Of a stretch of DNA of 45,204 bases, positions 37,201 through 44,751 are shown piece by piece. Under the pieces are notes generated by a model. The model searched no databases, had not been told where the DNA came from, and worked only from the letters and a program-made list of their open reading frames with translations. Position 1 is the stretch's first letter. Each line of letters opens with the position of its first letter. The stretch is from Escherichia phage vB_EcoS_011D5: the sequence record NC_073085.1; one strand, 5' to 3'. Made by a program: the position numbers and the translations under genes.

Positions 37201-37652
37201 CATATAGCCTTAAGGCTGGCGTGACGTATAACGGGGCTTACTACGATGCCGGTATGCAGCTTTCAGTTGTTGCGGAAGGTGGCGCGGTTAAATCCCGCAT
37301 CGCGTTCAAGGCGGACCAGTTCTACATCATGCACCCATCTAATGGGTCGCTTTCGTCCGCGTTTATCGTTGACGGCGGTCAGGTGTACATTGACACCGCA
37401 CGCATCAAGAACGCGTCTATCAACTTCGCGCAGATCACGGACACGCTGCAGTCGAATAACTGGAATCCAGGCAACAGTGGCTGGCGTATCGCGAAGGATG
37501 GCGGGGCGGAGTTCAACAACGTAACGGTACGAGGCAACTTGTTCGCTACTACTGGTAACTTCGGATTCTCTGGAGGGTCGGTACAGATCGACGCCACCGG
37601 CATTAACGTGCCATTGCCTGGCGGGGGTAGGGTGAAAGTGGGGACGTGGTAA
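34206..37652 (+). CDS. Central tail fibre / host specificity protein (gpJ-like)
   Basis: 1148 aa after I-like gene; canonical lambda-like order M-L-K-I-J. Confidence 0.8.
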   Translation: MTIVYDVTGHKGGGGKQHTPQETPDSLHSLAKIRILLALGEGEFEGIPDPNELRRRVYLDGTPIQNADLSENFPGARVEFRPGTQHQDVIHGFSAVESEQSVGVKLENGTPWVRQINDTSLDAVRIRIGIPALYTNEDNGDLVGGRIDYKFVVYTDNADPREFTFAAVGKTMSLYERDHRIELPPNVNTGWRVEVHRITANSTSAKVVNDIQVQSITEIIDARLRYPLTALLFVEFDAKAFQNIPRVSIKCKGRKVLIPNNYDPINHTYSGDWDGTFKRAWTDNPAWHWYDICITERFGLGRRIKPQMLNRYALYQIAQRCDQLVSDGNGGREIRFKNDMYIQSQTDAWTVLKDLAAIFAGMTWWGNQMLNIVSDQPVAAVSHTITNASVIDGRFDYASGSQKTRYSTFAVAYGNPKNHYDDAIATGQRVELVRRHKINRLDITAIGCTRESEAQRRGHWALISNQLDQQVSFKVGMEGLFFIPGSVVAIADTNISGGFETRGGRLLSDPGTRTVLNTDSEITFRPGDKFLVRTDSGNVETREIASVNGNKVTLKTALDADPIPDQPFCVDGDDIQLQKFRITDLEYDDSTSTFSVRGIEYNDSKYDAVDNGARLDPGIFTQVPDGVMKGPESVTITTSQISSQGQLITNVDIVFPPVKDAVVYEIQWRRTSLQNMAIQWGNDWVNIPRTASNGAHIPNVFSGNYQARVRAIGMGEISSPWVSSAITPVEGRLGGLNAPIITSAISGLHQILWKWNHNNAATDISYTELEVRKTGEAEWKFLTNVPYPGAEYAQTSLEFGIYQQLRARVADKIGNLSDWSAPFEGQVSDKVDEYMKGLDDEFLTSEDGKHFQEAIDTIPQGIYESMLTDAQQLINARSEYQGIYAEIKVAYNVATDAHKAVAQLETLIGTRLDDAEASIHTLQTAQSTHEQAFAQYQQTVAAKFGEQEAAIQQVQTATADVAGALAEYKTQVAAQFGQQSAAIEQKMTSSFNHAGGSATYSLKAGVTYNGAYYDAGMQLSVVAEGGAVKSRIAFKADQFYIMHPSNGSLSSAFIVDGGQVYIDTARIKNASINFAQITDTLQSNNWNPGNSGWRIAKDGGAEFNNVTVRGNLFATTGNFGFSGGSVQIDATGINVPLPGGGRVKVGTW

Positions 37653-37657
37653 AGGAG

Positions 37658-37682
37658 AAGGGGCCGGATGGCCCCTTTTTAA
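37658..37682 (+). terminator. Intrinsic terminator between convergent genes
   Basis: GGGGCC-ggat-GGCCCC followed by TTTTT. Confidence 0.7.
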
Positions 37683-38644
37683 TAGATGTTAGGAATTACG
37701 AGTAACGGGGTGGGTACTGCAATGTTTTTACCCGGCATTTGGAATTGCTGCCGTGAATAGTTGCCGATTACCCGGTTTTTGGCGATGCGCACATTACCGC
37801 CTGCCATTCGAATCCCGTTCATTCGAACGTGATTGTAGCCGCCGTTGTTCTCAATGAGCGCGCCGGTATACGAAAGCTGGACCAGGCTATTGCCTATGTA
37901 CTGATCGCCGCCGCCGATATAGATAAGGCGGTCATAAACAAATGGCTTATTCACTGTTGAGAACGTGACCTGACCCTGGTTGTTTGTCATGGTGATGCCG
38001 TTTCCGGGGGTGGGTGGCGTATTGTTGAATATAACCAGGTCCATTTCAACGGCAGCGCCTACGTCGTCAATCCCACCATAGGACGCATTACGGACGATAA
38101 TACTTCCGCCATCGAAGCCGACCGACACGTTTCCGTCGTCCCAGCGCGCGAATGGGACACCGCCTACAGGTAACGGCATACTTCCGTTCACCCACACGCG
38201 CTGCGCATATTGGCAGGTCATTAGCCTGGATACATTTGATATGGCGGTAAAGTCCGTCGAGTTCGCCACCAGTAACCCTGCGTTGCGCGAACCCACCGGC
38301 AACACTTCCATGATCACCCCGCCCCATGTTGGAAGCCCGCTATATGCGCCATATGCGTCTTCACCTCGCAAGGTGATTCCGCCATCCCCGTTACGTTGTA
38401 CTGAGGTGACGTAGAAAGGGTCGGGCAAGACCAGTGTCTGGTCGAATACTTCTATAACTTCAACGGGGCTTGTGAGCGCGACGACCAGATCTGACCCTGG
38501 CGTTAGCTGAGTGTTAATAGTAAGCGTCTTATCAGACTGGCAGCGCTGATAGAATGAGGTACAGAATGACGGAGCGCGAAGTCCGGCTGTTATCTCCATC
38601 ACCGGCCTTCCGTCGTTGTAGTCTATAAGTATTCCAGCGCCCAT
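37679..38644 (-). CDS. Hypothetical Gly/Asn-rich protein (possible beta-solenoid), co-transcribed with the lipoprotein
   Basis: Repetitive G/N/V-rich motifs (GGGDQYIGN, NNGGYNH, GGNVRIAKN); start coupled to lipoprotein stop. Confidence 0.55.
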   Translation of the reverse strand: MGAGILIDYNDGRPVMEITAGLRAPSFCTSFYQRCQSDKTLTINTQLTPGSDLVVALTSPVEVIEVFDQTLVLPDPFYVTSVQRNGDGGITLRGEDAYGAYSGLPTWGGVIMEVLPVGSRNAGLLVANSTDFTAISNVSRLMTCQYAQRVWVNGSMPLPVGGVPFARWDDGNVSVGFDGGSIIVRNASYGGIDDVGAAVEMDLVIFNNTPPTPGNGITMTNNQGQVTFSTVNKPFVYDRLIYIGGGDQYIGNSLVQLSYTGALIENNGGYNHVRMNGIRMAGGNVRIAKNRVIGNYSRQQFQMPGKNIAVPTPLLVIPNIY

Positions 38645-38646
38645 AA

Positions 38647-38868
38647 TTACCACTCCCGAGATTTAACTGATACCGTACCAGAGAAGTTGCCGTCACTATC
38701 CGCGGACAGGCCGGTGAAGCGCATGTCGACCTCCCCGGCAGGGACTTTTTGCCCGTCAACGTAGCGCAACATGCAGCTTCCGTAAGCTACCGTAATGCAA
38801 TCGCCGTTGTTACGCTCTACCGCGCAGCCGGACAGAAGAACCGCACAAATCACAATTAATGTTTTCAT
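38647..38868 (-). CDS. Small lipoprotein (73 aa precursor), Llp/Cor-like superinfection-exclusion candidate
   Basis: Signal peptide MKTLIVICAVLLSGC with lipobox LSGC; RBS AGGGGA; next to receptor-binding genes. Confidence 0.6.
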   Translation of the reverse strand: MKTLIVICAVLLSGCAVERNNGDCITVAYGSCMLRYVDGQKVPAGEVDMRFTGLSADSDGNFSGTVSVKSREW

Positions 38869-38948
38869 GGTATCATCCCCTATATTTGGTTGAGTTTTAG
38901 TATTGCACCGCTCAACCAAGAATGCAACCAATTTATGAGGATTCAGCT

Positions 38949-40589
38949 ATGGCAGCGGGTACACTATCCGTAACGAATAACAGCAAGGCGGTTGTCGGGG
39001 TAGGCACGACGTTTACCACGTTTACCGCTGGCGACTTCTTAACTCTGGTGGTGGGGCAAGTGCCTTACACTGTTGCTATCGCGTCCGTCGAAAGCGACAC
39101 CGCGATTACGCTTGTGCTTCCGTTCGACGGCCCCACGGCAACCGGCCTCGCGTGGGATGGCGTTAAGCGCGATACCATGTCGCTGGCAACGATGGGCGTA
39201 ACAGTACAGGCACAGAAAGCGTTGCGCTTGATGATCGCTGACGAAAACAACTGGCGTGCAATCTTCGGAGACGAAGAAGAAGTCACGGTAACGCTGCCGA
39301 ACGGGCAAGTTATGCAAGGTATGTCCTGGGGCTACCTGTCACAATTGATGAATCAGATCGACCCCGTTGAAATGCGCAACCTGCAACAACAAGCCGCGGC
39401 ATCTGAAGCAGCAGCGCAAGGATTTCGCAATGAGGCCGAAGGCTTCAAGACTGAGACGGCGGGGATCCGCGACGCCACCAACCAGATTAAGGCGGATACG
39501 CAGGCTATCCACGACGCCACCAATACCATCAAGACGCAGACGGCCCAGATTAAGACTGACACGCAGGCCATCAAGGGCCAGACGGACCAGATTAAGACAG
39601 ACACCGGCGTTATTCGCGATGAGGCCAATGCCGCGAAGGCTGAAGCGCAAGCCGCCAGCACTGCCGCGCTTGGATATCGGAACGAGGCCGAACAATTCAA
39701 GAATGAGATTGACCCGTCTAACTTTCTGGCAAAGGGTGGCAACCTGGCTGGGTTAACTGACTTGCCCGAGTCGCGGGATAACTTGGGTTTAGGAGCGTTG
39801 GCGACTAAAGATTCGGCGGCGCTAAACTCCACAGATACGACCGGTATTCTGCCCTTAGATAAGGGCGGTTTAGGCGCTGGTACCATCCCTGGCGCACGGG
39901 AGACGATGCATATTTATGGTCATGACGCTACGTTCGGGACCATAAATAATATCCTCACATACTTCAACAATATTGCGGGTAACGGCGGACTCTTCTCGTT
40001 TCGAGATGGTGCCGTTGACGCCACGAACACCTACAAATTCGGCTCAGCAATACTGTTTCGCACAGCCGACACCTACGGACTGTTAAGTGTTGACCACAAC
40101 AGCGGAAACGTTAGAGCATCCGGTGGTACAGTTTCTGGTGGGATCGCGGCCACAGCATACATCAACAACCTGTGGGGTACGCGTAACACCACCGTAGACG
40201 GTAACGGGTTTATTAAAACCGCGTCGCCCATCGTCAAGATCTTCAGTGACGGTGCCGCGGAGACTAACGACGAGGCCGAAGGCGTTACGGTGACTCGCAT
40301 ATCTGCGGGGGTGTATGTTGTGGAGGGGTGTCTAGGCCTCAACTCAGACCCATCCTGGGGCGGGCCTGACGGCGGGATTGAGATTCCGACGGACGTGAAC
40401 AAGCAGCCTCGTTTATGGGTTGATTATAAAGTGCGCGCTGACGGCTCTGTGGAGGTACGCACATACCACCGAACACACCCACACGCTCCAGCATTCGCAA
40501 GAAATGAGATAGAAGGTGTGGCGGAAGGGGACCCGGTTGATATACCGCGTGGCACGTTCATATCTGTTCGGGTTAATATGCCTGAGTAA
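38949..40589 (+). CDS. Tail fibre protein with 11-residue periodic helical repeats
   Basis: RBS GAGGA; repeats IKADTQAIHDA / TNTIKTQTAQ / IKTDTQAIKGQ / TDQIKTDTGV (33 nt periodicity ~39460-39620). Confidence 0.7.
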   Translation: MAAGTLSVTNNSKAVVGVGTTFTTFTAGDFLTLVVGQVPYTVAIASVESDTAITLVLPFDGPTATGLAWDGVKRDTMSLATMGVTVQAQKALRLMIADENNWRAIFGDEEEVTVTLPNGQVMQGMSWGYLSQLMNQIDPVEMRNLQQQAAASEAAAQGFRNEAEGFKTETAGIRDATNQIKADTQAIHDATNTIKTQTAQIKTDTQAIKGQTDQIKTDTGVIRDEANAAKAEAQAASTAALGYRNEAEQFKNEIDPSNFLAKGGNLAGLTDLPESRDNLGLGALATKDSAALNSTDTTGILPLDKGGLGAGTIPGARETMHIYGHDATFGTINNILTYFNNIAGNGGLFSFRDGAVDATNTYKFGSAILFRTADTYGLLSVDHNSGNVRASGGTVSGGIAATAYINNLWGTRNTTVDGNGFIKTASPIVKIFSDGAAETNDEAEGVTVTRISAGVYVVEGCLGLNSDPSWGGPDGGIEIPTDVNKQPRLWVDYKVRADGSVEVRTYHRTHPHAPAFARNEIEGVAEGDPVDIPRGTFISVRVNMPE

Positions 40590-40599
40590 AGCATAATGC

Positions 40600-40625
40600 G
40601 AAGGGGCCATTCGGCCCCTTTTTAA
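40600..40625 (+). terminator. Intrinsic terminator after the tail fibre gene
   Basis: GGGGCC-attc-GGCCCC followed by TTTTT. Confidence 0.7.
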
Positions 40626-41197
40626 TTTGAGTTTTCCCAGTCCATTTTGCGCCGCACAAGCGGGCTTTCGTAGTATTCCTTACCTTCCACTTCCACTAAA
40701 TGCCAGTCATTCACAATCACGTATGGCTCTGCTATATCCTCAATCACGCCGTGCGCGCTATGCTGCCCGAACGACACGCCAACCAGAATAACACCGGCAA
40801 CCCGACGGGAAAGATACTCGCGGGCACAACGGGCCTCAACCAGACCGCGACGGATGCCGCTGGTGGCTTTGACCTCATATGTCCAGACGGCATCAATCAT
40901 GTGCTCTTTGTAGTCAGGACCGGATTTTACCTTGCGCTTGCCGACCATGATAATATCGCCTCGGTCGATAGTGTTAGCGCTAAACAGGCCGGTACGCATT
41001 AGCAAACCTTGCGGGATACAGCTACGCCCGCCCGCCTGCCCTTCGAGGTACATTCCCGCAAACATCTCACCCAGCACACCGACAAGGCGGCTTTGCTTGC
41101 ACGCGTCAGACTTTAAGCGCCACTGTTCAAATTCGATGCTGGCTAACATTGCCGCCAGGTGGAATTGTTTACCGGTTATTTCATATTCGCCGTACAT
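40622..41197 (-). CDS. Hypothetical protein, possible PD-(D/E)xK nuclease
   Basis: GDIIMVG ... IDAVWTYEVKAT is compatible with a D...ExK motif; weak. Confidence 0.4.
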   Translation of the reverse strand: MYGEYEITGKQFHLAAMLASIEFEQWRLKSDACKQSRLVGVLGEMFAGMYLEGQAGGRSCIPQGLLMRTGLFSANTIDRGDIIMVGKRKVKSGPDYKEHMIDAVWTYEVKATSGIRRGLVEARCAREYLSRRVAGVILVGVSFGQHSAHGVIEDIAEPYVIVNDWHLVEVEGKEYYESPLVRRKMDWENSN

Positions 41198-41238
41198 TGT
41201 GCATCCCTCATTGATGCGGGCCGAAGCCCGCGATTAAA

Positions 41239-41730
41239 TTATTTAAGTGCGCTGCGTACCAATTTCTTTTCCATGTTACGGAAATCTTCCTGCGTCATGC
41301 AGATTTTCGATCCGTCCTCGCCAGTTAGCAGGACCATAGGCTGCACATCTTGCGCTACAACCCCAAAATCGCGGGCATTCACCGTCTTGCCCGCGGAAGA
41401 ATGCCCGCCTTTTAGGCTGTCGAATTGTGCTGCCGTTGTATCGATCTGAATCTCGTCATGCACGGTCATGTAAGACTCGCCCAGCAGGGCGGCATACGCC
41501 ACCAGATCCACGATGTTATCTTCCTGGTGCTTACGGTGCTGGCGCACCAGCTTCAGGCAGATCAGGAAGGTCCAGGCTTCTTGCTCGGTAAGGTCGCGCC
41601 CGGTAAGCGCGTTAAACACGGCGGCGACCTGTTTAGCGCTGCGTTCTTCTTTCGCGTTGTCATAGCCGTTTTCTTTCCCGCGCTGTTCCATAGTGGTGGC
41701 GGCGTTTTTGCAGTATTCGTATGCTTTCAC
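41239..41730 (-). CDS. Hypothetical protein (163 aa)
   Basis: ORF-track with GTG start; RBS-like AAAAGGG upstream. Confidence 0.4.
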   Translation of the reverse strand: MKAYEYCKNAATTMEQRGKENGYDNAKEERSAKQVAAVFNALTGRDLTEQEAWTFLICLKLVRQHRKHQEDNIVDLVAYAALLGESYMTVHDEIQIDTTAAQFDSLKGGHSSAGKTVNARDFGVVAQDVQPMVLLTGEDGSKICMTQEDFRNMEKKLVRSALK

Positions 41731-41794
41731 AGTATTACCCTTTTTAGTGAGGGGGCTTTATTGCCCCCGACACGTTTAATATAGTGCAACCAAC

Positions 41795-42265
41795 CTATTG
41801 GTTGCAAGTGAATTTTGCAACGTTTATTGCGTAAATTTTCGGGACCAAATCACCACACGCCCGACGAATTGCCGCGATGTTCTTCTCGCAATCTTCAATG
41901 ATGACCAGTTCCGACACGTCCGCATAGCAGACCATTTTGAACACGGCGCACGCCTTAAACTCTGGCGGCGGGGTGTCGTCCAGCATGTGGCGCATAAACA
42001 ACCGGCCTACCGGGAAGACCTCCAATTGCTCGGCGGTGGTGTCCCAGCATTCTCGCTGCCGGTTGGTCAGATACGCGATCTCGAAGCCTCGCTCTTTGTA
42101 CATGCGCAGCAACGGCAGCATATCCATATTCAGGTCTTCGCGTACGTGCGCCTTGTGCCACTTCGCCCAAAAGGTGGATTTAGTTTTTATACCAGGCACC
42201 AGGTCGGCGCGCGCATCGCTTGAACCGTTAATAACTCCATCCAAATCGCAAATCAGTAATTTCAT
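41795..42265 (-). CDS. HAD-superfamily phosphatase / nucleotidase-like
   Basis: Motif I LICDLDGVI; motif II YLTNR; C-terminal acidic motif IIEDCEKN. Confidence 0.7.
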   Translation of the reverse strand: MKLLICDLDGVINGSSDARADLVPGIKTKSTFWAKWHKAHVREDLNMDMLPLLRMYKERGFEIAYLTNRQRECWDTTAEQLEVFPVGRLFMRHMLDDTPPPEFKACAVFKMVCYADVSELVIIEDCEKNIAAIRRACGDLVPKIYAINVAKFTCNQ

Positions 42266-42486
42266 TTTAGGCTCTCAATAAGGGTGGCTCGGGCGCTACG
42301 CGCGGTGTAAGAGTTGCACACGAAATGACAACGTCGGGTCATGACAAGCCAACCGGTGAGGTCAAGGCCCAGGATGTATTCGGGGCGAGACGCGCGCACC
42401 ACACGATCGCGGCGTGGGTCGATGTTATAGTCTTTTTGCATTTGGTCTACGACCGCGTGGTCGCGGTCAACGATTAAGATATTCAC
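42262..42486 (-). CDS. Small hypothetical protein
   Basis: ORF-track; GTG start overlapping the 3' end of the Dam-like gene. Confidence 0.3.
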   Translation of the reverse strand: MNILIVDRDHAVVDQMQKDYNIDPRRDRVVRASRPEYILGLDLTGWLVMTRRCHFVCNSYTARSARATLIESLK

Positions 42487-42952
42487 GTAGTTCTCCTTCG
42501 CTCATTATTTCAATTTGTGCGCTGCCGATGGGCGGCGCTTCGTCAAAGATTATCAATTGCTGGCACTTGTTATTGCTCGGCCCGACTTCACCGGTTACAG
42601 CATGTATGAATCGGATCCGCCAGTCCAGAAGAATTATCAGGTTTGCAGTCTTCCGGGCCAGCTTCGCCCACTTAGTCGACGTGTCCTGATTCAGTAGCAT
42701 GACGGTCCGGCGTCCGTGCGCTGCGCACTCGACCCACGGCAGCGGATCGGAATACGGCGGATTGCACCACTTCCACCCTTTCAACTCCGACCAGTCCGCA
42801 TCGAGCGCGCTGTGCTCTGCCGTGAAGTAACGCGGCAGCAGGTGGTTTGCGTCGCTCGCCGCCATATCGTAACGGAATCGGTACTTCCGGCGCAGTGGTT
42901 TAAATAAAGCTGGCGGTGTGCGCCAGCTATCTTTTTGCTCATTCTCCGTCAT
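42467..42952 (-). CDS. Phage Dam-type DNA N6-adenine methyltransferase
   Basis: WRTPP...FRYDMAASDANHL...WCNPPYS (NPPY catalytic motif). Confidence 0.8.
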   Translation of the reverse strand: MTENEQKDSWRTPPALFKPLRRKYRFRYDMAASDANHLLPRYFTAEHSALDADWSELKGWKWCNPPYSDPLPWVECAAHGRRTVMLLNQDTSTKWAKLARKTANLIILLDWRIRFIHAVTGEVGPSNNKCQQLIIFDEAPPIGSAQIEIMSEGELREYLNR

Positions 42953-43397
42953 AGTCTGGATCTATCGCATACAGGGCGGTTTTCTTGCCGCTAGACAGCA
43001 CACGTTGGACTCGGGATATCTCCGCCCTACTGAGCGGTCTGCTATCGGAATAGTAGCTGCCGTTTGCACGCCACGCTATACGCACCAGTCCTTCCCGCGG
43101 GATCGAAGACTGGCGGCCTTTGGGGCGCACGTACTCCTCCGCGCGTTTACAATGCTCCCGCAGACCGTCGGCAGTGATGCGGTTTAGCGCCACGCTGGTT
43201 GTGTATCCGGTGCGCTGCATAATACCCATCAACTCATACAGCAGATCGAAGCGCTCCTCTAATTCCTTGCGCGCCTTCTCCTCGCCTTCATAGCTCGCCA
43301 GGTAGGTGTCCGCCAGCGCGTTCGCGCGTTCGGCCTGTTCGCGGGCTTCGAGGCATTGCGCGGCCCAGTAATTTTTTTCTTCTTGTAAAATTTTCAT
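42939..43397 (-). CDS. Coiled-coil hypothetical protein
   Basis: ORF-track, ATG start; helical charged sequence. Confidence 0.45.
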   Translation of the reverse strand: MKILQEEKNYWAAQCLEAREQAERANALADTYLASYEGEEKARKELEERFDLLYELMGIMQRTGYTTSVALNRITADGLREHCKRAEEYVRPKGRQSSIPREGLVRIAWRANGSYYSDSRPLSRAEISRVQRVLSSGKKTALYAIDPDYDGE

Positions 43398-43640
43398 CTA
43401 TTTAGTCTCCGTAGTGCGGATTTCATCGCGTGGAATAAATTTGCCGTCCATCTCCACCCAGCAGACTCCGTATCGCCATTGGGTGTTACGGCCTGTTTGC
43501 TCGGCATACACGGTCTTGCATTCGTAGCGTTCCGTGTAGTAAATAGCCGTCGAAGGTATGCCAATACAACCGGCAATCATGAGGGTGAGTAGCACCCAAA
43601 ATCGAAGGTCGCCGTCGTAGTCGAAAAATAATGATTTCAT
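43398..43640 (-). CDS. Small membrane protein (possible lipoprotein)
   Basis: MKSLFFDYDGDLRFWVLLTLMIAGCIGI; RBS GGAGA; two TTGGTTGCA motifs upstream. Confidence 0.45.
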   Translation of the reverse strand: MKSLFFDYDGDLRFWVLLTLMIAGCIGIPSTAIYYTERYECKTVYAEQTGRNTQWRYGVCWVEMDGKFIPRDEIRTTETK

Positions 43641-43720
43641 CGTGTTGTCTCCGGGTATTAAAAAGGGCGTCCAACCGGACACCCTTAAGATAATGCAACC
43701 AATATGATTATGCAACCAAT

Positions 43721-44044
43721 TTACGAATAAAAATTTGGGTCGCGCGCTACGTCTACCAGATACAGATTGCTCATGCGGTTGCCGTAGTGCCCTGGTGTGC
43801 GCTGGCGGCACACAACGGCGAAGCCTGGGGGAATTGTATTGCCCGTCTCGATAATCCACGCCACGCGTGCGCCAGACAGCGTCTTGCCGTTGTATTCGAT
43901 GCGCGTGCCACCATCGGCAGTGTTAAGGTTGCCAATCTTACAGCCTGTGGACTTCAGGCGAATGACACCGGTCTTGCTGTCGTAGGAAAAAAGCTGATTG
44001 GTCATTGCCACTGAAAAGTCGATTGCGTCGAATGCAGTATTCAT
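43721..44044 (-). CDS. HNH-endonuclease-like protein with substituted catalytic residues
   Basis: Scaffold YDSKTGVIRLKS...GTRIEYNGKTLSGARVAWIIETG resembles phage HNH homing endonucleases, but the usual HRVAW / VDHING positions read ARVAW / VVCRQR. Confidence 0.5.
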   Translation of the reverse strand: MNTAFDAIDFSVAMTNQLFSYDSKTGVIRLKSTGCKIGNLNTADGGTRIEYNGKTLSGARVAWIIETGNTIPPGFAVVCRQRTPGHYGNRMSNLYLVDVARDPNFYS

Positions 44045-44751
44045 TTTAAATTTTCCTCGTTAACCGCTATCGCGAAGCCGCGCGGGGTGAGTGAGCGGAT
44101 TAATTTTGTACGAGCGGATTTACCACCGAGGCGACTATACTGCTTCGAGTACCCATTTTCAACGAAAACAGGTTTCTTCTCTGGCATACGGAAGCCGTTG
44201 CCGGTCCATAAGCAGGTCAGCTTCGGATATGAATCGCGGGCGTTGATGTATTCCGGGAATAACGGGTGCACGTCATCCTCCGGCAGATATCCACCATACT
44301 CCCACGGGTTAAACGAGTGGTCCGGCTTGCGCCATTGGGTCGATAGCACGCTGCGCGGATTCTCAATCATATATGGCACTTCGAAGAAGTCCCCCAGGTA
44401 AGCGGCGATCTTCGCGGTGCGCACCGCCTTAAGCTGAAAGGCCGGGTCTTTGGCCCGCTTGCGCGGGAAAGCTGGCGCACCGCTAACTGCCAGATCCGTA
44501 CACAGCGGGAACGCATATATGATATCCGGCGTACCGAAATCGCCATTCATCGCGCGGTCTACAAAGTCCAGATCGATAAACTCATTGCGATATCGGATCC
44601 CGCGACCATAAATCCGGTAGTCTAGGTACGACCCGTGGTCGGCTTCGGAGTAGTTGAAGCAATAACACTTATGCCCCATCTCGGCAGCACGCTCAATCAT
44701 CAAGCCGCTGCCGTCAAACAATGACCAGATTGTCATTTTAGCAATAGTCAT
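44041..44751 (-). CDS. DNA cytosine-C5 methyltransferase-like protein (short, divergent)
   Basis: Motif I-like LFDGSGLM; motif IV-like AFPLCTDLAVSG (PLC instead of PCQ); motif VI-like MIENPRS; LTPRGF near C-terminus; ATGA coupling to helicase stop. Confidence 0.65.
   Translation of the reverse strand: MTIAKMTIWSLFDGSGLMIERAAEMGHKCYCFNYSEADHGSYLDYRIYGRGIRYRNEFIDLDFVDRAMNGDFGTPDIIYAFPLCTDLAVSGAPAFPRKRAKDPAFQLKAVRTAKIAAYLGDFFEVPYMIENPRSVLSTQWRKPDHSFNPWEYGGYLPEDDVHPLFPEYINARDSYPKLTCLWTGNGFRMPEKKPVFVENGYSKQYSRLGGKSARTKLIRSLTPRGFAIAVNEENLK

Noticed and set aside
41740-41770. Hairpin GGGGGC-tttatt-GCCCCC as an intrinsic terminator
   Set aside because: No convincing U-run on either strand; may be a structural or regulatory hairpin rather than a terminator.
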